64,000 nucleotides of DNA from Deltaproteobacteria bacterium. GTDB taxonomy: Bacteria; Bdellovibrionota; UBA1018; UBA923. Positions within the stretch are counted from its first letter, which is position 1. Each line of letters starts with the position of its first letter. Under the pieces are notes generated by a model. It did no database searches. It saw only the letters and a list, made by a program, of their open reading frames with translations, and had not been told where the DNA came from. A program made the position numbers and the translations under genes. The stretch spans positions 3,456 through 67,455 of the forward strand of contig JACPKS010000044.1 of assembly GCA_016186905.1 (NCBI GenBank), written 5' to 3'. This document shows, piece by piece, positions 1 to 8,959 of this stretch.

Positions 1-479
1 CGGCTCCCTTCTGCTTTTTCATGGGTGTTACGCCGTCGCCGCCGACGATCGCGTTCAGCGTGCTCAGGCGCGGCGACCAGAAAAAAGACACTCTTCGCAA
101 CCTCGAGAGCACGCGCGACTTCGTCGTCAACATCGTCGACGAAGCGCTTGCGCAGGCGATGAACATCGCGAGCGGAAGCTACCCGCCCGACATGAGCGAG
201 TTCGACGTCGCGGGCCTCACCCCCACTCCGAGCGAAATCGTCACGGCTCCGCGCATCGCCGAAAGCCCGGTACACCTGGAGTGCAAAGTGCGGACGATTC
301 TTGAATTGGGCGATCTGCCGGCCGCGATCGTCGTGGGCGAGATCCTTTGCTTCCACGTGCATGAAGAATTCGTCAAAGACGGCATCATCGACGTGCGCAA
401 ACTCAAACCGCTCGGACGCGCCGGCGAGAACCTCTACGCGCGTTTTTCCGATATTTTTGAAATGGACATGCCGGCCTAG
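1..479 (+). CDS. Flavin reductase-like domain protein, 5' truncated by window edge
   Basis: ORF 21..479 is open to position 1. The motif PPTIAFSV...HLECKV is typical of the mid-domain of HpaC-like flavin reductases, so about 45 aa are missing upstream. Confidence 0.6.
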   Translation, partial: APFCFFMGVTPSPPTIAFSVLRRGDQKKDTLRNLESTRDFVVNIVDEALAQAMNIASGSYPPDMSEFDVAGLTPTPSEIVTAPRIAESPVHLECKVRTILELGDLPAAIVVGEILCFHVHEEFVKDGIIDVRKLKPLGRAGENLYARFSDIFEMDMPA

Positions 480-540
480 GAGGGTTGAAGCCGCTGAAGC
501 CTGTTGAAAAAACGGCGTTTTTTCAGTATCTTATCAAATC

Positions 541-783
541 ATGACCCATCCCTACGAACCCGACGGCTACGATTACGCGCAACTGCGCGAAAAGTTTCTT
601 ACGATCGCCCGAAAGCAGGGCATGCACGCCGCCATCTCAGCTCTTCACAACGAAATCGGCGTCCTGGAGGCGAGGATTTACGAAGGCGGCTTCGACAAAG
701 AACGGCTCGCCGTGGTTCAGAGGCTTCGCGAGCTCTCGCGCGACATCTGGAGCACGCAGTTCATCGAGAACGGCGAAAAATGA
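541..783 (+). CDS. Small hypothetical protein (80 aa), translationally coupled to pntAA
   Basis: Balanced, helix-like composition. Its stop overlaps the pntAA ATG (ATGA). A possible TTGAAA-N16-TATCTT promoter lies directly upstream. Confidence 0.4.
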   Translation: MTHPYEPDGYDYAQLREKFLTIARKQGMHAAISALHNEIGVLEARIYEGGFDKERLAVVQRLRELSRDIWSTQFIENGEK

Positions 784-1922
784 ACTTCGCGGTCCTCAAG
801 GAAACGGAACCCGGCGAGTCGCGCGTAGCCCTCGTTCCCGAAGCCGCCAAACAGCTCCTCGCCAAAGGACACAAGGTTTCAGTCGAAGCGGGGGCAGGCC
901 GTTCGGCTTTCATCCCCGATTCGGCGTACGAGCAGGCGGGATGCGTGCTGCGCGCGAATGCTGACGCCGCGATGAGCGCCACCGACTGCGTCTTGAAAGT
1001 GCGCGCGCCCTCGATCAGCGAAGCGGAACGGCTGCCGGGCGGCACCGCGCTGGTCTCTTATCTCTGGGCCGCGCGAAACCCGCAGCTCGTCCTGAAACTC
1101 AAGGATCGCAAGGTCGCGTCGTTTGCCATGGACGCGATCCCGCGCATCTCGCGCGCGCAGAGCATGGACGCGCTCTCGTCGATGGCCACGATCGCGGGAT
1201 ACAAGGCCGTGCTGCTCGCGGCGGCGAAACTCGGAAAATTCATGCCGATGCTCACGACCGCCGCGGGAACGATCCGGCCCGCGCGAGGCTTCATCATCGG
1301 CGCCGGAGTCGCGGGTCTGCAAGCCATCGCGACCGCGCGAAGGCTCGGAGCCGTCGTCGAGGCATTCGACACGCGCCCGGCGGTGAAAGAACAGGTCGAG
1401 AGCCTGGGGGCCAAGTTCGCGGCGTTCGTTCACGAAGAGGCTCACGCGGAATCCGAAGACAAAGGCGGCTACGCGAAAGAAAAGTCCGCGAGCTTTCTCG
1501 CGAAGGAAACGCAGTTTCTGGCCGAAAAAATCAAGGCCGCGGATTTCGTGGTCACGACCGCGCAAATTCCCGGAAAAAAAGCGCCGGTGCTCATCACGCG
1601 CGCGATGGTTCAGGCGATGGCGCCCGGTTCGGTGATCATCGATCTCGCCGCGGAGTCGGGCGGAAACTGCGAGTGCACGCGCGCCGACGAAACCGCCGTC
1701 GAAAACGACGTGACGATCATGGGCCCCACGAATCTTCCCTCCTCGCTTCCGCTCGACGCGAGCCGCATGTACGCGCGCAACGTGCTCTCGTTTCTTTTGC
1801 AGATCGTGAAGGACCCGTCCAAGGGAAGCGACGGCTTGACACTCGACTGGGACGACGAGATCTTCCGCGAGACCTGCATCACGATGGGCGGCGAGATCAA
1901 ACACCCGAAATTGAGGCAATAA
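780..1922 (+). CDS. pntAA: NAD(P) transhydrogenase alpha subunit part 1 (dI, NAD(H)-binding)
   Basis: Strong similarity to Rhodospirillum-type PntAA (MDAIPRISRAQSMDALSS..., GVAGLQAIATA Rossmann). The Arg-rich in-frame extension 504-779 is judged spurious. Confidence 0.85.
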   Translation: MNFAVLKETEPGESRVALVPEAAKQLLAKGHKVSVEAGAGRSAFIPDSAYEQAGCVLRANADAAMSATDCVLKVRAPSISEAERLPGGTALVSYLWAARNPQLVLKLKDRKVASFAMDAIPRISRAQSMDALSSMATIAGYKAVLLAAAKLGKFMPMLTTAAGTIRPARGFIIGAGVAGLQAIATARRLGAVVEAFDTRPAVKEQVESLGAKFAAFVHEEAHAESEDKGGYAKEKSASFLAKETQFLAEKIKAADFVVTTAQIPGKKAPVLITRAMVQAMAPGSVIIDLAAESGGNCECTRADETAVENDVTIMGPTNLPSSLPLDASRMYARNVLSFLLQIVKDPSKGSDGLTLDWDDEIFRETCITMGGEIKHPKLRQ

Positions 1923-1923
1923 G

Positions 1924-2226
1924 ATGGAAATGTCCACGCTCGCCATGACATACATTTTCATCCTCGCGATCTTGGCGGGGATCGAAGTGATCGGCCGGGT
2001 TCCGACGGTTCTGCACACTCCGCTGATGTCGGGCGCGAACGCCATCCACGGCATCGTGCTCGTCGGAGGAATCTACATCCTCGGCACCGCGGGCGGCGAC
2101 GTAACGCTCAAGATCATCGGCTTCGCGGCCGTCGTGCTCGGCACGCTCAACGTCGTGGGCGGTTTCGTCGTCACCGACCGCATGCTCGAGATGTTCAAAG
2201 CCAAAAAGAAGGCGGATACAAAATGA
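1924..2226 (+). CDS. pntAB: NAD(P) transhydrogenase alpha subunit part 2 (membrane)
   Basis: 100-aa hydrophobic protein between pntAA and pntB, matching the split-alpha architecture. Confidence 0.8.
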   Translation: MEMSTLAMTYIFILAILAGIEVIGRVPTVLHTPLMSGANAIHGIVLVGGIYILGTAGGDVTLKIIGFAAVVLGTLNVVGGFVVTDRMLEMFKAKKKADTK

Positions 2227-3623
2227 CGGAGCTGCTGAAGAGTTTTCCGCAGCTCTGCTATCTCGCGGCCTCCGTGCTTTTCGTGTTGGGGCTGAAGCGC
2301 TTGAGCTCGCCGAAAACCGCGCGCTCGGGCAACGGTCTTGCCGCGCTCGGCATGGCGCTCGCGGTGGGCGGAACGATGTTTCTTCCCGGCATCGAAAACT
2401 TCGCGTGGATCGCGGCTGCGGTCGCGATCGGCACGATTCCGGGCTGGAAAGCGGCGCGCTCGGTGCCGATGACCGCGATGCCGCAGATGGTTTCGATTTT
2501 CAACGGGATGGGGGGGGCCTGCGCGCTCTTCATCTCGGTGGCCGAGTTCTTAAAGCACGGCGCGGAGTCGTCGGATGCCGCGCTCTTCGGAATTCTTCTG
2601 GGAACCGCCTTTGGCGCCGTAAGCTTCACCGGAAGCATCATCGCGTACGGAAAACTTCAAGGGATCGTCAGCGAAAAGCAGGTGCGCATCCCATTTCAGA
2701 GCCTCGTCGGCGCGCTTCTCGCGGGCACGCTGCTCTTCTGCTCGGCTTACGTGCTCGCCTCCGGCGATCCGCAGGCCGCGAGCCCGGCGTTCTACGCGGT
2801 CGCCGCGATCGCGCTCGTACTCGGCGTGCTGCAGGTTCTTCCGATCGGGGGCGCCGACATGCCGGTCGTGATCTCGGTGCTGAACTCGTGCACCGGAATG
2901 GCCGCCGCCGTGACGGGCTTTTCGATGCGCAATATGTCGATGATCATCGCGGGAACGCTCGTGGGTGCTGCGGGATCTTTTCTGACGCTTCTCATGTGCA
3001 AGGCGATGAACCGCTCGCTCGCCAACGTTTTGTTCGGAAGTTTCGGCTCTAAAAATATCGGGGCCTCTGGCCCCGTGGGCGCCGGCGGCGGAATCCAGCG
3101 CGAGATCAACGCCTCCGAAACCGCGGTGCTCATGGCGTACTCCAGGCGCGTGATCATCATTCCGGGCTACGGGCTGGCGGTGGCGCAAGGCCAGCACCTC
3201 GTTCACGAGCTCGATCAGCTTCTCGAAAAGAAAGGCGTCGATGTGAAGTACGCGATTCATCCCGTGGCGGGCCGCATGCCCGGCCATATGAACGTGCTGC
3301 TCGCCGAGTCCAACGTCCCCTATCCGAAGCTCATCGACTTGGACGAGATCAACCCCGAATTCAAGCAAGCCGACGTCGCGCTCGTCATCGGCGCCAACGA
3401 CGTCGTCAATCCCGCGGCGCGCACCGACCGCGCGAGCCCGATCTTCGGGATGCCGATTCTCGACGCCGACCATGCCCAGCACATCATCGTCATGAAGCGC
3501 GGCCGCGGCGTGGGCTTCGCCGGCATCGATAACGGGCTTTTCTACGACGCGAAAACCCGCATGCTTTTCGGCGACGCGAAGGCCACGCTCAAGGAACTCG
3601 TGAGCGAGCTCAAGGCGCTGTAA
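2223..3623 (+). CDS. pntB: NAD(P) transhydrogenase beta subunit
   Basis: Multi-TM N-terminus and the conserved dIII NADP(H)-binding C-terminus (GYGLAVAQ..., PVAGRMPGHMNVLLAE). Confidence 0.9.
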   Translation: MTELLKSFPQLCYLAASVLFVLGLKRLSSPKTARSGNGLAALGMALAVGGTMFLPGIENFAWIAAAVAIGTIPGWKAARSVPMTAMPQMVSIFNGMGGACALFISVAEFLKHGAESSDAALFGILLGTAFGAVSFTGSIIAYGKLQGIVSEKQVRIPFQSLVGALLAGTLLFCSAYVLASGDPQAASPAFYAVAAIALVLGVLQVLPIGGADMPVVISVLNSCTGMAAAVTGFSMRNMSMIIAGTLVGAAGSFLTLLMCKAMNRSLANVLFGSFGSKNIGASGPVGAGGGIQREINASETAVLMAYSRRVIIIPGYGLAVAQGQHLVHELDQLLEKKGVDVKYAIHPVAGRMPGHMNVLLAESNVPYPKLIDLDEINPEFKQADVALVIGANDVVNPAARTDRASPIFGMPILDADHAQHIIVMKRGRGVGFAGIDNGLFYDAKTRMLFGDAKATLKELVSELKAL

Positions 3624-3633
3624 GCTTTCTTTC

Positions 3634-5013
3634 GTGCGTCTTTTCCCCGCCATCCTTTTTTTCGCGGTTTCGCTCTTCGCCGCAGGCGACCCCGCTTACG
3701 TCGCGCGCGGAAAAGAAGTCGAGGGCTACTACCGCCAATACACCGCGCGGTTCGGAAAGGTGTTCGACGATCTCAAAAGCGCGCTCAAACAGCACGCGCC
3801 CGAGCTTGCCGGCCGCCTCAAAGTGCTGCCGCCGGCGCCCGTGAAACAGGGCTATCAGGTTCTTCCGAAAATCACCGAGGATCCCGCGCTGACCGTCAGC
3901 CTCGTGCCCGAAACACCCAAGCCACCCTCGTCGGTGCCTTACAGCTGGAAGCGCTCGCGCATGTTCATCGACAAGGAAATCCCGCGCATCGAGGAACAAG
4001 AAGAGAAGCTGCACGTCCTTTCAAGGCTCGGACCGCGGGAACGCAAGAACGTGCTCGAACGGATGGTCGAGGAATATCCGATTCTTGAAGACAACCAGCG
4101 CCTGATCGACCACCACATCCAGTACAATCGGTTCTGGCAGAAATCGATCCACGACGACCGCGCGCGCTTTGACCGGCTGACCCTGCTTCACGACGCGGTC
4201 GTCGAGCGCGAGGAGCTTCTGGCCCGCGAAAAACTAAACGGCTCCAATCCCGTGACGAGCGGACGCATCCGCGAGCTCAGCGCGCAGATCCGGGCCGAAG
4301 GCATCGAAAAACTCAAACTCCCGGGCTTCGCGCGCATGCGCCATCCGAAAAAGAATCTCTGGATTCTCGAGATCCCGGTTTTCACCGACATCCGCGACGA
4401 CGCGTTCATCCGGCGATTCAAAACTGAAGTCGAGCGCATCTGGCATTACCGCGAGAAGGGAGGCATCGCGCGACACGCGATGCAAAGCGCGGCGCCGAAT
4501 CCGCCCGAATTCCAGATACGACTCGAAATCAAAAAAATAGACGCGCGACGGCTCTATCCCAAGACGAAACCCGCCCCGAAGCCGGGCGACGAGATCGACG
4601 TCGAGTTTCACGCCGGGCTCTTTCCGAAAAACGGAGCGCTGCTCACGACGGGTGCTAACTCAACGTATGCGATCCCGAACCGCTACGTGGCGCTCGGACC
4701 GCAAGATCTTTCCTCGCGCACGGCCGCGCACGAATTCGGGCACGTGATCGGATTCATCGACGGGTATTTCCGCGGTTATCGCGACCGCGGCGACGAGGGT
4801 TACGAGGTGCTCGAGATCGTGCCCGACGCGACCGACATCATGAACAACCCCGTCACGGGAACGGTGAAGCTCGAGCACTTCGAGAAAATTCTGGAATCGC
4901 GAAGCAGGCGTTCGGCCGGTGTCTCGAGTTTTTTGGAGGCGTTGCAAGCTCGGCAGGCCGGCACGACGTTTCCGCGCGTGCTCGTGCCCCCGCGCGCGAC
5001 GGGCACAATGTGA
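3634..5013 (+). CDS. Secreted HExxH zinc-metalloprotease-like protein
   Basis: N-terminal signal peptide and an AAHEFGHVIGFIDGY zincin-like motif. Its C-terminal ~70 codons overlap a convergent HNH gene. Confidence 0.55.
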   Translation: MRLFPAILFFAVSLFAAGDPAYVARGKEVEGYYRQYTARFGKVFDDLKSALKQHAPELAGRLKVLPPAPVKQGYQVLPKITEDPALTVSLVPETPKPPSSVPYSWKRSRMFIDKEIPRIEEQEEKLHVLSRLGPRERKNVLERMVEEYPILEDNQRLIDHHIQYNRFWQKSIHDDRARFDRLTLLHDAVVEREELLAREKLNGSNPVTSGRIRELSAQIRAEGIEKLKLPGFARMRHPKKNLWILEIPVFTDIRDDAFIRRFKTEVERIWHYREKGGIARHAMQSAAPNPPEFQIRLEIKKIDARRLYPKTKPAPKPGDEIDVEFHAGLFPKNGALLTTGANSTYAIPNRYVALGPQDLSSRTAAHEFGHVIGFIDGYFRGYRDRGDEGYEVLEIVPDATDIMNNPVTGTVKLEHFEKILESRSRRSAGVSSFLEALQARQAGTTFPRVLVPPRATGTM

Positions 5014-5177
5014 TCCATTGTCAGCTCCGCCGCTTTGAATGCTTTCTGGCAGTAATGGCAGACCCCCGCGGCGAGTCTTGCCTGCCACCAGCCGGACTTG
5101 CGCAGCTTGCGCGCGCGCTCGCGCTCTCGCGCGACGCGCTTGGGATCGGCTTCGAGGTGATACCACTGCCGCGGCAT
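4800..5177 (-). CDS. Small HNH endonuclease
   Basis: CHYCQK...MDHIVPVARGG...NVVPACRACNASK matches the HNH/Zn-finger nuclease motif. The conserved core lies about 4901-5177. Confidence 0.5.
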   Translation of the reverse strand: MPRQWYHLEADPKRVARERERARKLRKSGWWQARLAAGVCHYCQKAFKAAELTMDHIVPVARGGTSTRGNVVPACRACNASKKLETPAERLLRDSRIFSKCSSFTVPVTGLFMMSVASGTISSTS

Positions 5178-5248
5178 AGGGGCGCACTTTACTCAATAAT
5201 AACCCACGTGGCAATTTGCCCGCTCGCACTTCGCGGGGTCTTGCTGTT

Positions 5249-5420
5249 ACTTTACAGGTGTACAGTATTTAGACGCAGTGCTGTGTATAATTTTTACATC
5301 TGGACAGGCGACATTCACCCTGACAAGTCCCTATCTTATTGGTTTTACATAATTTTTACTATAAATCCCGCCGCTTGCGCGGCGTGTTTCGCTTCGCGTG
5401 TGCTGGCACCGGCATTGCAA
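5249..5420 (+). promoter_or_regulatory. Conserved ~170-bp leader element, copy 1, ending in a sigma-54 promoter (TGGCAC-N5-TTGCA)
   Basis: About 80% identical to 19788-19958. Contains an AT-rich block, a GCCGC-TTGC-GCGGC hairpin, and TGGCACCGGCATTGCA at about 5404-5419, roughly 85 nt upstream of the lipoprotein ATG. Confidence 0.55.
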
Positions 5421-5504
5421 CTCCCCTAGTCATAGCCTGGATGGCATTTGAAGAGAGAACCCCGGGCCTGAGAAACCCGGATAAAGGGAAAAAGGAGAGA
5501 GAGT

Positions 5505-6190
5505 ATGAAATTCAATTCGAAACACACGGCCATGATCATGGTCCTTCCGGTGGCGGTCCTTTTGGCAAGCTGCGGGAAGAAAACAGCGGCACCGGAAACA
5601 CCGGCACGAGCAACAGCTGCAACCACCCGATCGTGTCGTACACGACGCCGTTCACCTACAGCCTTTCCGGCAACGGCAGCACGGGGAAGTCCACTCCGAG
5701 CGGCGTCATCCACGCCGACCAGGACCTTCGCGTGCAGGTCGTTCCCGGCTCGGCGATCGTGAACTCGACCGGCAGCGGCACCAAGCAGTACACCAAGATG
5801 GGCGTGACGGTGACCCTCCTGAAGAACGGCTCGGAAGTTCCGGGCGCTTCAGTGACGATCCCCGGCGGAACGAGTGCCACGGGCTATCGCAACGGGCTTG
5901 CGGTCGGTGCGAAGTCGCAAATCGTGGACTTCAGCACGTATCTCAGCTCGGGCAACAACACGTATTCGGTCAAGGTCTCGAACATCATGAGCGACTACAC
6001 CTGCAAGACGTACTGCACCGAGAACAACCCGCAGTACTGGCTCTGGAACGGGTACTACTACTACCCGGACTGGCAGATGATCAACGCGTGCAAAGCTCTT
6101 CAGTGCGACGTCGGCTCGGTCGACAACGTCGCGGGCTGGTCGATGACCGTGCAAGTCGAAACCGACAACACGCCCTGCCTCACTCAGTGA
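5505..6190 (+). CDS. Gly/Ser/Thr-rich secreted lipoprotein with an apparent +1/-1 frameshift near 5575-5625
   Basis: The lipoprotein signal peptide with lipobox LLASC is in the 5505 frame. The plausible mature protein continues in the 5339 frame to 6190. The 5505 frame turns into Arg-rich junk and stops at 5762. Confidence 0.45.
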
Positions 6191-7328
6191 GAAAACGATC
6201 CAACAAAATTTGAGGAGAGAGAGATCTCTCCTCAACCCTGGACCGAAGATGGTCCAGCTTCCCTGAAAACCTCTTCAAAATCAGAAGGGAGCCCGCAAGG
6301 CTCCCTTCTGTGTTTACGGAGTCGTCCAAAGATCCGCCCGCCTTGCGATACAGCTTCTCGAAAAGATCCTGATGATCCTCATACGTCAGATGCGCGAGCA
6401 GCGCGGCGTTGTTCATAAATTCCGCCGCGAACTTTCCCGCGATCCATTTCTTCCATCCCGAACTCTTCCACTCGGTACGCCTGGGATCGGCCATCTCCTC
6501 ACGGAACGCGGCGAATGCCGCAGCCTTGCGCTCCCGCCTGCCCTCTTCGGGCTCGGACGCCGTATCGGCGTAAAGTTTTTTCAGACGATCCGCGAACGCG
6601 CGAAGACGCGCGCCAAAAAGTCTCCGATCGGCGTGCTCGTCGTTCCAGTTTTCGAGCTCGGGACACGGTGAAGACGCGCACATTTTCTTGCGAATCCAAA
6701 GCCGCTCGCCGTAGTCGCCGATAAAGCTCGCGATCTGCTCGTTGAACGCGCCTTCCCCTTTGATGTAGACCTGCGAGTGCGTCGTCTCGTGAAAGAGAAG
6801 ATTCACGAGATCGGTTTTTTTGGATGTGAGCATCGTCGAAAGCAGCGGGTCGCGAAGGTAGCCGATCGTGGAGTATGCCGTAACACCGCGCACGTGCGTG
6901 TCGCGACCGAGTAAGCGCTCGCGCGCTTCCCAATCGCGCGCCGTGTTTTCTTTGAAAAATCCCAGATACGGAAACGAACCGACGATGGGGAACGACCATT
7001 CTTTCAGTTTCAGTTCGTACGGCTCGGCACTCGTGAGCGACCACACGACGAAGGGGCGTTTGAGGTCAACGTACGTCGTGTAGTTCGACGTCGACTTCAC
7101 GCCGAGCTCGCGTTCGACGAATGCGCGGATTTCGGGAATCCACGCGAGCCGCTGGCGCGTGACGGAAGAGACATGAGGATCGGAGACGACTTCCGCGACC
7201 GCACGCTCGTGATTGTAGATCGCCCATTGCCCCATCCCGGCTTGATAGAGATAAGCGACGTGCGAGCAGCCGCTAAGAAATGAGGCGAGAAACGGAAGCG
7301 CCATGGGCGGGGGCCGGCGTTTCGTCAT
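6180..7328 (-). CDS. Predicted zinc aminopeptidase-like lipoprotein (DUF2265-like)
   Basis: Lipobox FLSGC and an LLFHETTHSQ (HExxH) motif. Confidence 0.5.
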   Translation of the reverse strand: MTKRRPPPMALPFLASFLSGCSHVAYLYQAGMGQWAIYNHERAVAEVVSDPHVSSVTRQRLAWIPEIRAFVERELGVKSTSNYTTYVDLKRPFVVWSLTSAEPYELKLKEWSFPIVGSFPYLGFFKENTARDWEARERLLGRDTHVRGVTAYSTIGYLRDPLLSTMLTSKKTDLVNLLFHETTHSQVYIKGEGAFNEQIASFIGDYGERLWIRKKMCASSPCPELENWNDEHADRRLFGARLRAFADRLKKLYADTASEPEEGRRERKAAAFAAFREEMADPRRTEWKSSGWKKWIAGKFAAEFMNNAALLAHLTYEDHQDLFEKLYRKAGGSLDDSVNTEGSLAGSLLILKRFSGKLDHLRSRVEERSLSPQILLDRFLTE

Positions 7329-7329
7329 C

Positions 7330-7887
7330 TCAAAAGTGCCACGAAAGCCCGCCCTCGAACGCGATGTTGTTCTTGCCCTCCGGCCACTTGAGGTCGGGGA
7401 AGTACGTGATGAACTCGGCGTTGAACGAAAAGTTCCTCATGAAGAACACGCGGGCACCTGCCCCCAGAACAAAGCTCGGGCTCTTGGTGTAAACTTCGCG
7501 CGTGGGAATGCCGTTGACGCTGCCGTTTTGGCGGCGGTTGTACTGCGCGGCCCCTCCCTTGACGTAGGGCTGGAAGTACCAATCCGGCGGCACGAGCGTT
7601 TGCACGAGCGAAGCGCTGAGCGTCTGCTCTTCGACCGTCACGCTTTGCACGTCGGCCTGCCTGAAGTATCGGTTCACTGTCGTATAGGCGACCTCGACCT
7701 GCGTGAGAAGCGTGAGGTTATAGCCAAGTGAGGCGGTGTAACGCTTGGAGGTCGCGTAAGAGTCAGCCCCATACGTCGTCTTGGAGTAACTGCCAAGAAG
7801 CGACATTTCGCCCAGGTGGCTTTGCGCCTGCGCCGCAAGCGGCACAAGCATCGCGACCAGCGCCACAAAAGGTGGCAGCCTACTCAT
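7330..7887 (-). CDS. Outer-membrane beta-barrel protein (OmpA-like N-terminal/OMP_b-brl)
   Basis: Signal peptide MSRLPPFVALVAMLVPLAAQA, alternating amphipathic beta-strands and a terminal aromatic residue (SWHF). Confidence 0.55.
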   Translation of the reverse strand: MSRLPPFVALVAMLVPLAAQAQSHLGEMSLLGSYSKTTYGADSYATSKRYTASLGYNLTLLTQVEVAYTTVNRYFRQADVQSVTVEEQTLSASLVQTLVPPDWYFQPYVKGGAAQYNRRQNGSVNGIPTREVYTKSPSFVLGAGARVFFMRNFSFNAEFITYFPDLKWPEGKNNIAFEGGLSWHF

Positions 7888-7978
7888 TACGAAACGATGC
7901 GTTGTTTTTAATTCTTCAGTACGTTTCGAGTCCATTCTTCACGTCCTATTAAACCGCGCGGCTCGAAGTCGAGCGCGC

Positions 7979-8959
7979 TCACTGCCCGTGCTTTTGCGGA
8001 ACGAGCTTCCTTAAGAGCTCCGCCTCCTCAACACCCATCTTTCCCTTCTTCATCACCAGAATCGAGGGCCGGCCCCTTGAACCTCCCGAAGCGGTCTCTC
8101 GTCCGATCTCCATGCCGTCGAACTCTTCCGGATCCATTCCCGAAATGCGCGCTTTCAGATGCTCAAGCACCGCTTCGTCACGAGGCTCCACCAGGCGCGC
8201 CGGCACCCGCTCTTTTTTCTCAGGCGATTTTTCTTTCGGAACGGATGCGATCGCGCGCTCGGCTCGTTTGACGCCGGTCCAGGGTACGGCGCCTTCCCCG
8301 AACGCCGCGAGCAGCTCCTTTGCGTGAGCTTCCTCGACGGCCTGCGGATTGCGGGGCTGCAGAAACGAAAACGTCGGCGAGCTCTCGGTGAACCATCCCG
8401 CCTCGACCGTCACGACGTCGCGCTCAAGCCGCGGATGCCACGCGCGCACGGCGCCTTCGACCGCCAGCACCTGCACGAGTTTATCCGATACCCAAAACGC
8501 CGCGACGCCATTGCCCGCGATCTCGCCTGCCATGTAATCGGTTTCGAAATGAAAGGGAGCGCCGGAAGAGCGCAGGCTCACCGTGCCGTTTCTCACGCGC
8601 ACGATTCCGCGCGAAGGAAATTCCACGACCGCCGGCCCCGCGAGCCGAATAACCGCGCCTTCGGCGCTCGTGACCTCCAGGCGCGAGCCGGTCTCGACCC
8701 AAATGAGTTGGCCCATCGTGATTCCTTCCGCGAGCTTGAGCGCGGAAGATTCTTTTTTATCGGAGGATTTCGAAAATGCGGCGCCCTGAAGATGAGTGAC
8801 GATGCCGACGGTGACAGGTCCGTCGGATCGGCTCGCGCGTCGCGCTTCGCCTTTCCCAACGGTGCTGTACCCAGCCGCCGCCGGCATCGCACCCAGGATA
8901 CCGCTTGCCAAACCGATCCCTGCCATCATCCGCGCCGCAGCCTTACCGAAAATTTTCAT
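7979..8959 (-). CDS. Hypothetical secreted protein (FecR-like?)
   Basis: Signal peptide. No clear motif beyond that. Confidence 0.4.
   Translation of the reverse strand: MKIFGKAAARMMAGIGLASGILGAMPAAAGYSTVGKGEARRASRSDGPVTVGIVTHLQGAAFSKSSDKKESSALKLAEGITMGQLIWVETGSRLEVTSAEGAVIRLAGPAVVEFPSRGIVRVRNGTVSLRSSGAPFHFETDYMAGEIAGNGVAAFWVSDKLVQVLAVEGAVRAWHPRLERDVVTVEAGWFTESSPTFSFLQPRNPQAVEEAHAKELLAAFGEGAVPWTGVKRAERAIASVPKEKSPEKKERVPARLVEPRDEAVLEHLKARISGMDPEEFDGMEIGRETASGGSRGRPSILVMKKGKMGVEEAELLRKLVPQKHGQ

Noticed and set aside
504-779. In-frame N-terminal extension of pntAA (ORF 504..1922)
   Set aside because: The extension is extremely Arg-rich and lacks sequence complexity. The conserved PntAA N-terminus begins at the ATG at 780, which is coupled to the upstream small ORF.
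879-2054. Long antisense or alternative-frame ORFs inside GC-rich genes. Examples are 879..2054(-), 2550..3653(-), 10637..11767(-), 17566..18624(-), 25132..26109(-), 40012..41418(+) and 62021..62719(-)
   Set aside because: They have Arg/Ala/Gly-rich compositions typical of high-GC shadow ORFs. Each lies fully within a well-supported gene on the other strand or frame.
5249-5300. Sigma-70 promoter inside the conserved leader (TTTACA ... TATAAT)
   Set aside because: Spacings between the candidate -35 and -10 hexamers are 11 or 29 nt, not 16-18. The downstream exact sigma-54 consensus is the better-supported promoter.
5339-5504. Conserved N-termini MVLHNFYYKSRRLRGV (5339..) and MVLYNFFYKSRRLRGV (19877..) suggesting a protein family
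   Set aside because: The conservation is at nucleotide level and comes from the shared non-coding leader. These frames run through the sigma-54 promoter and RBS, and lack a signal peptide.
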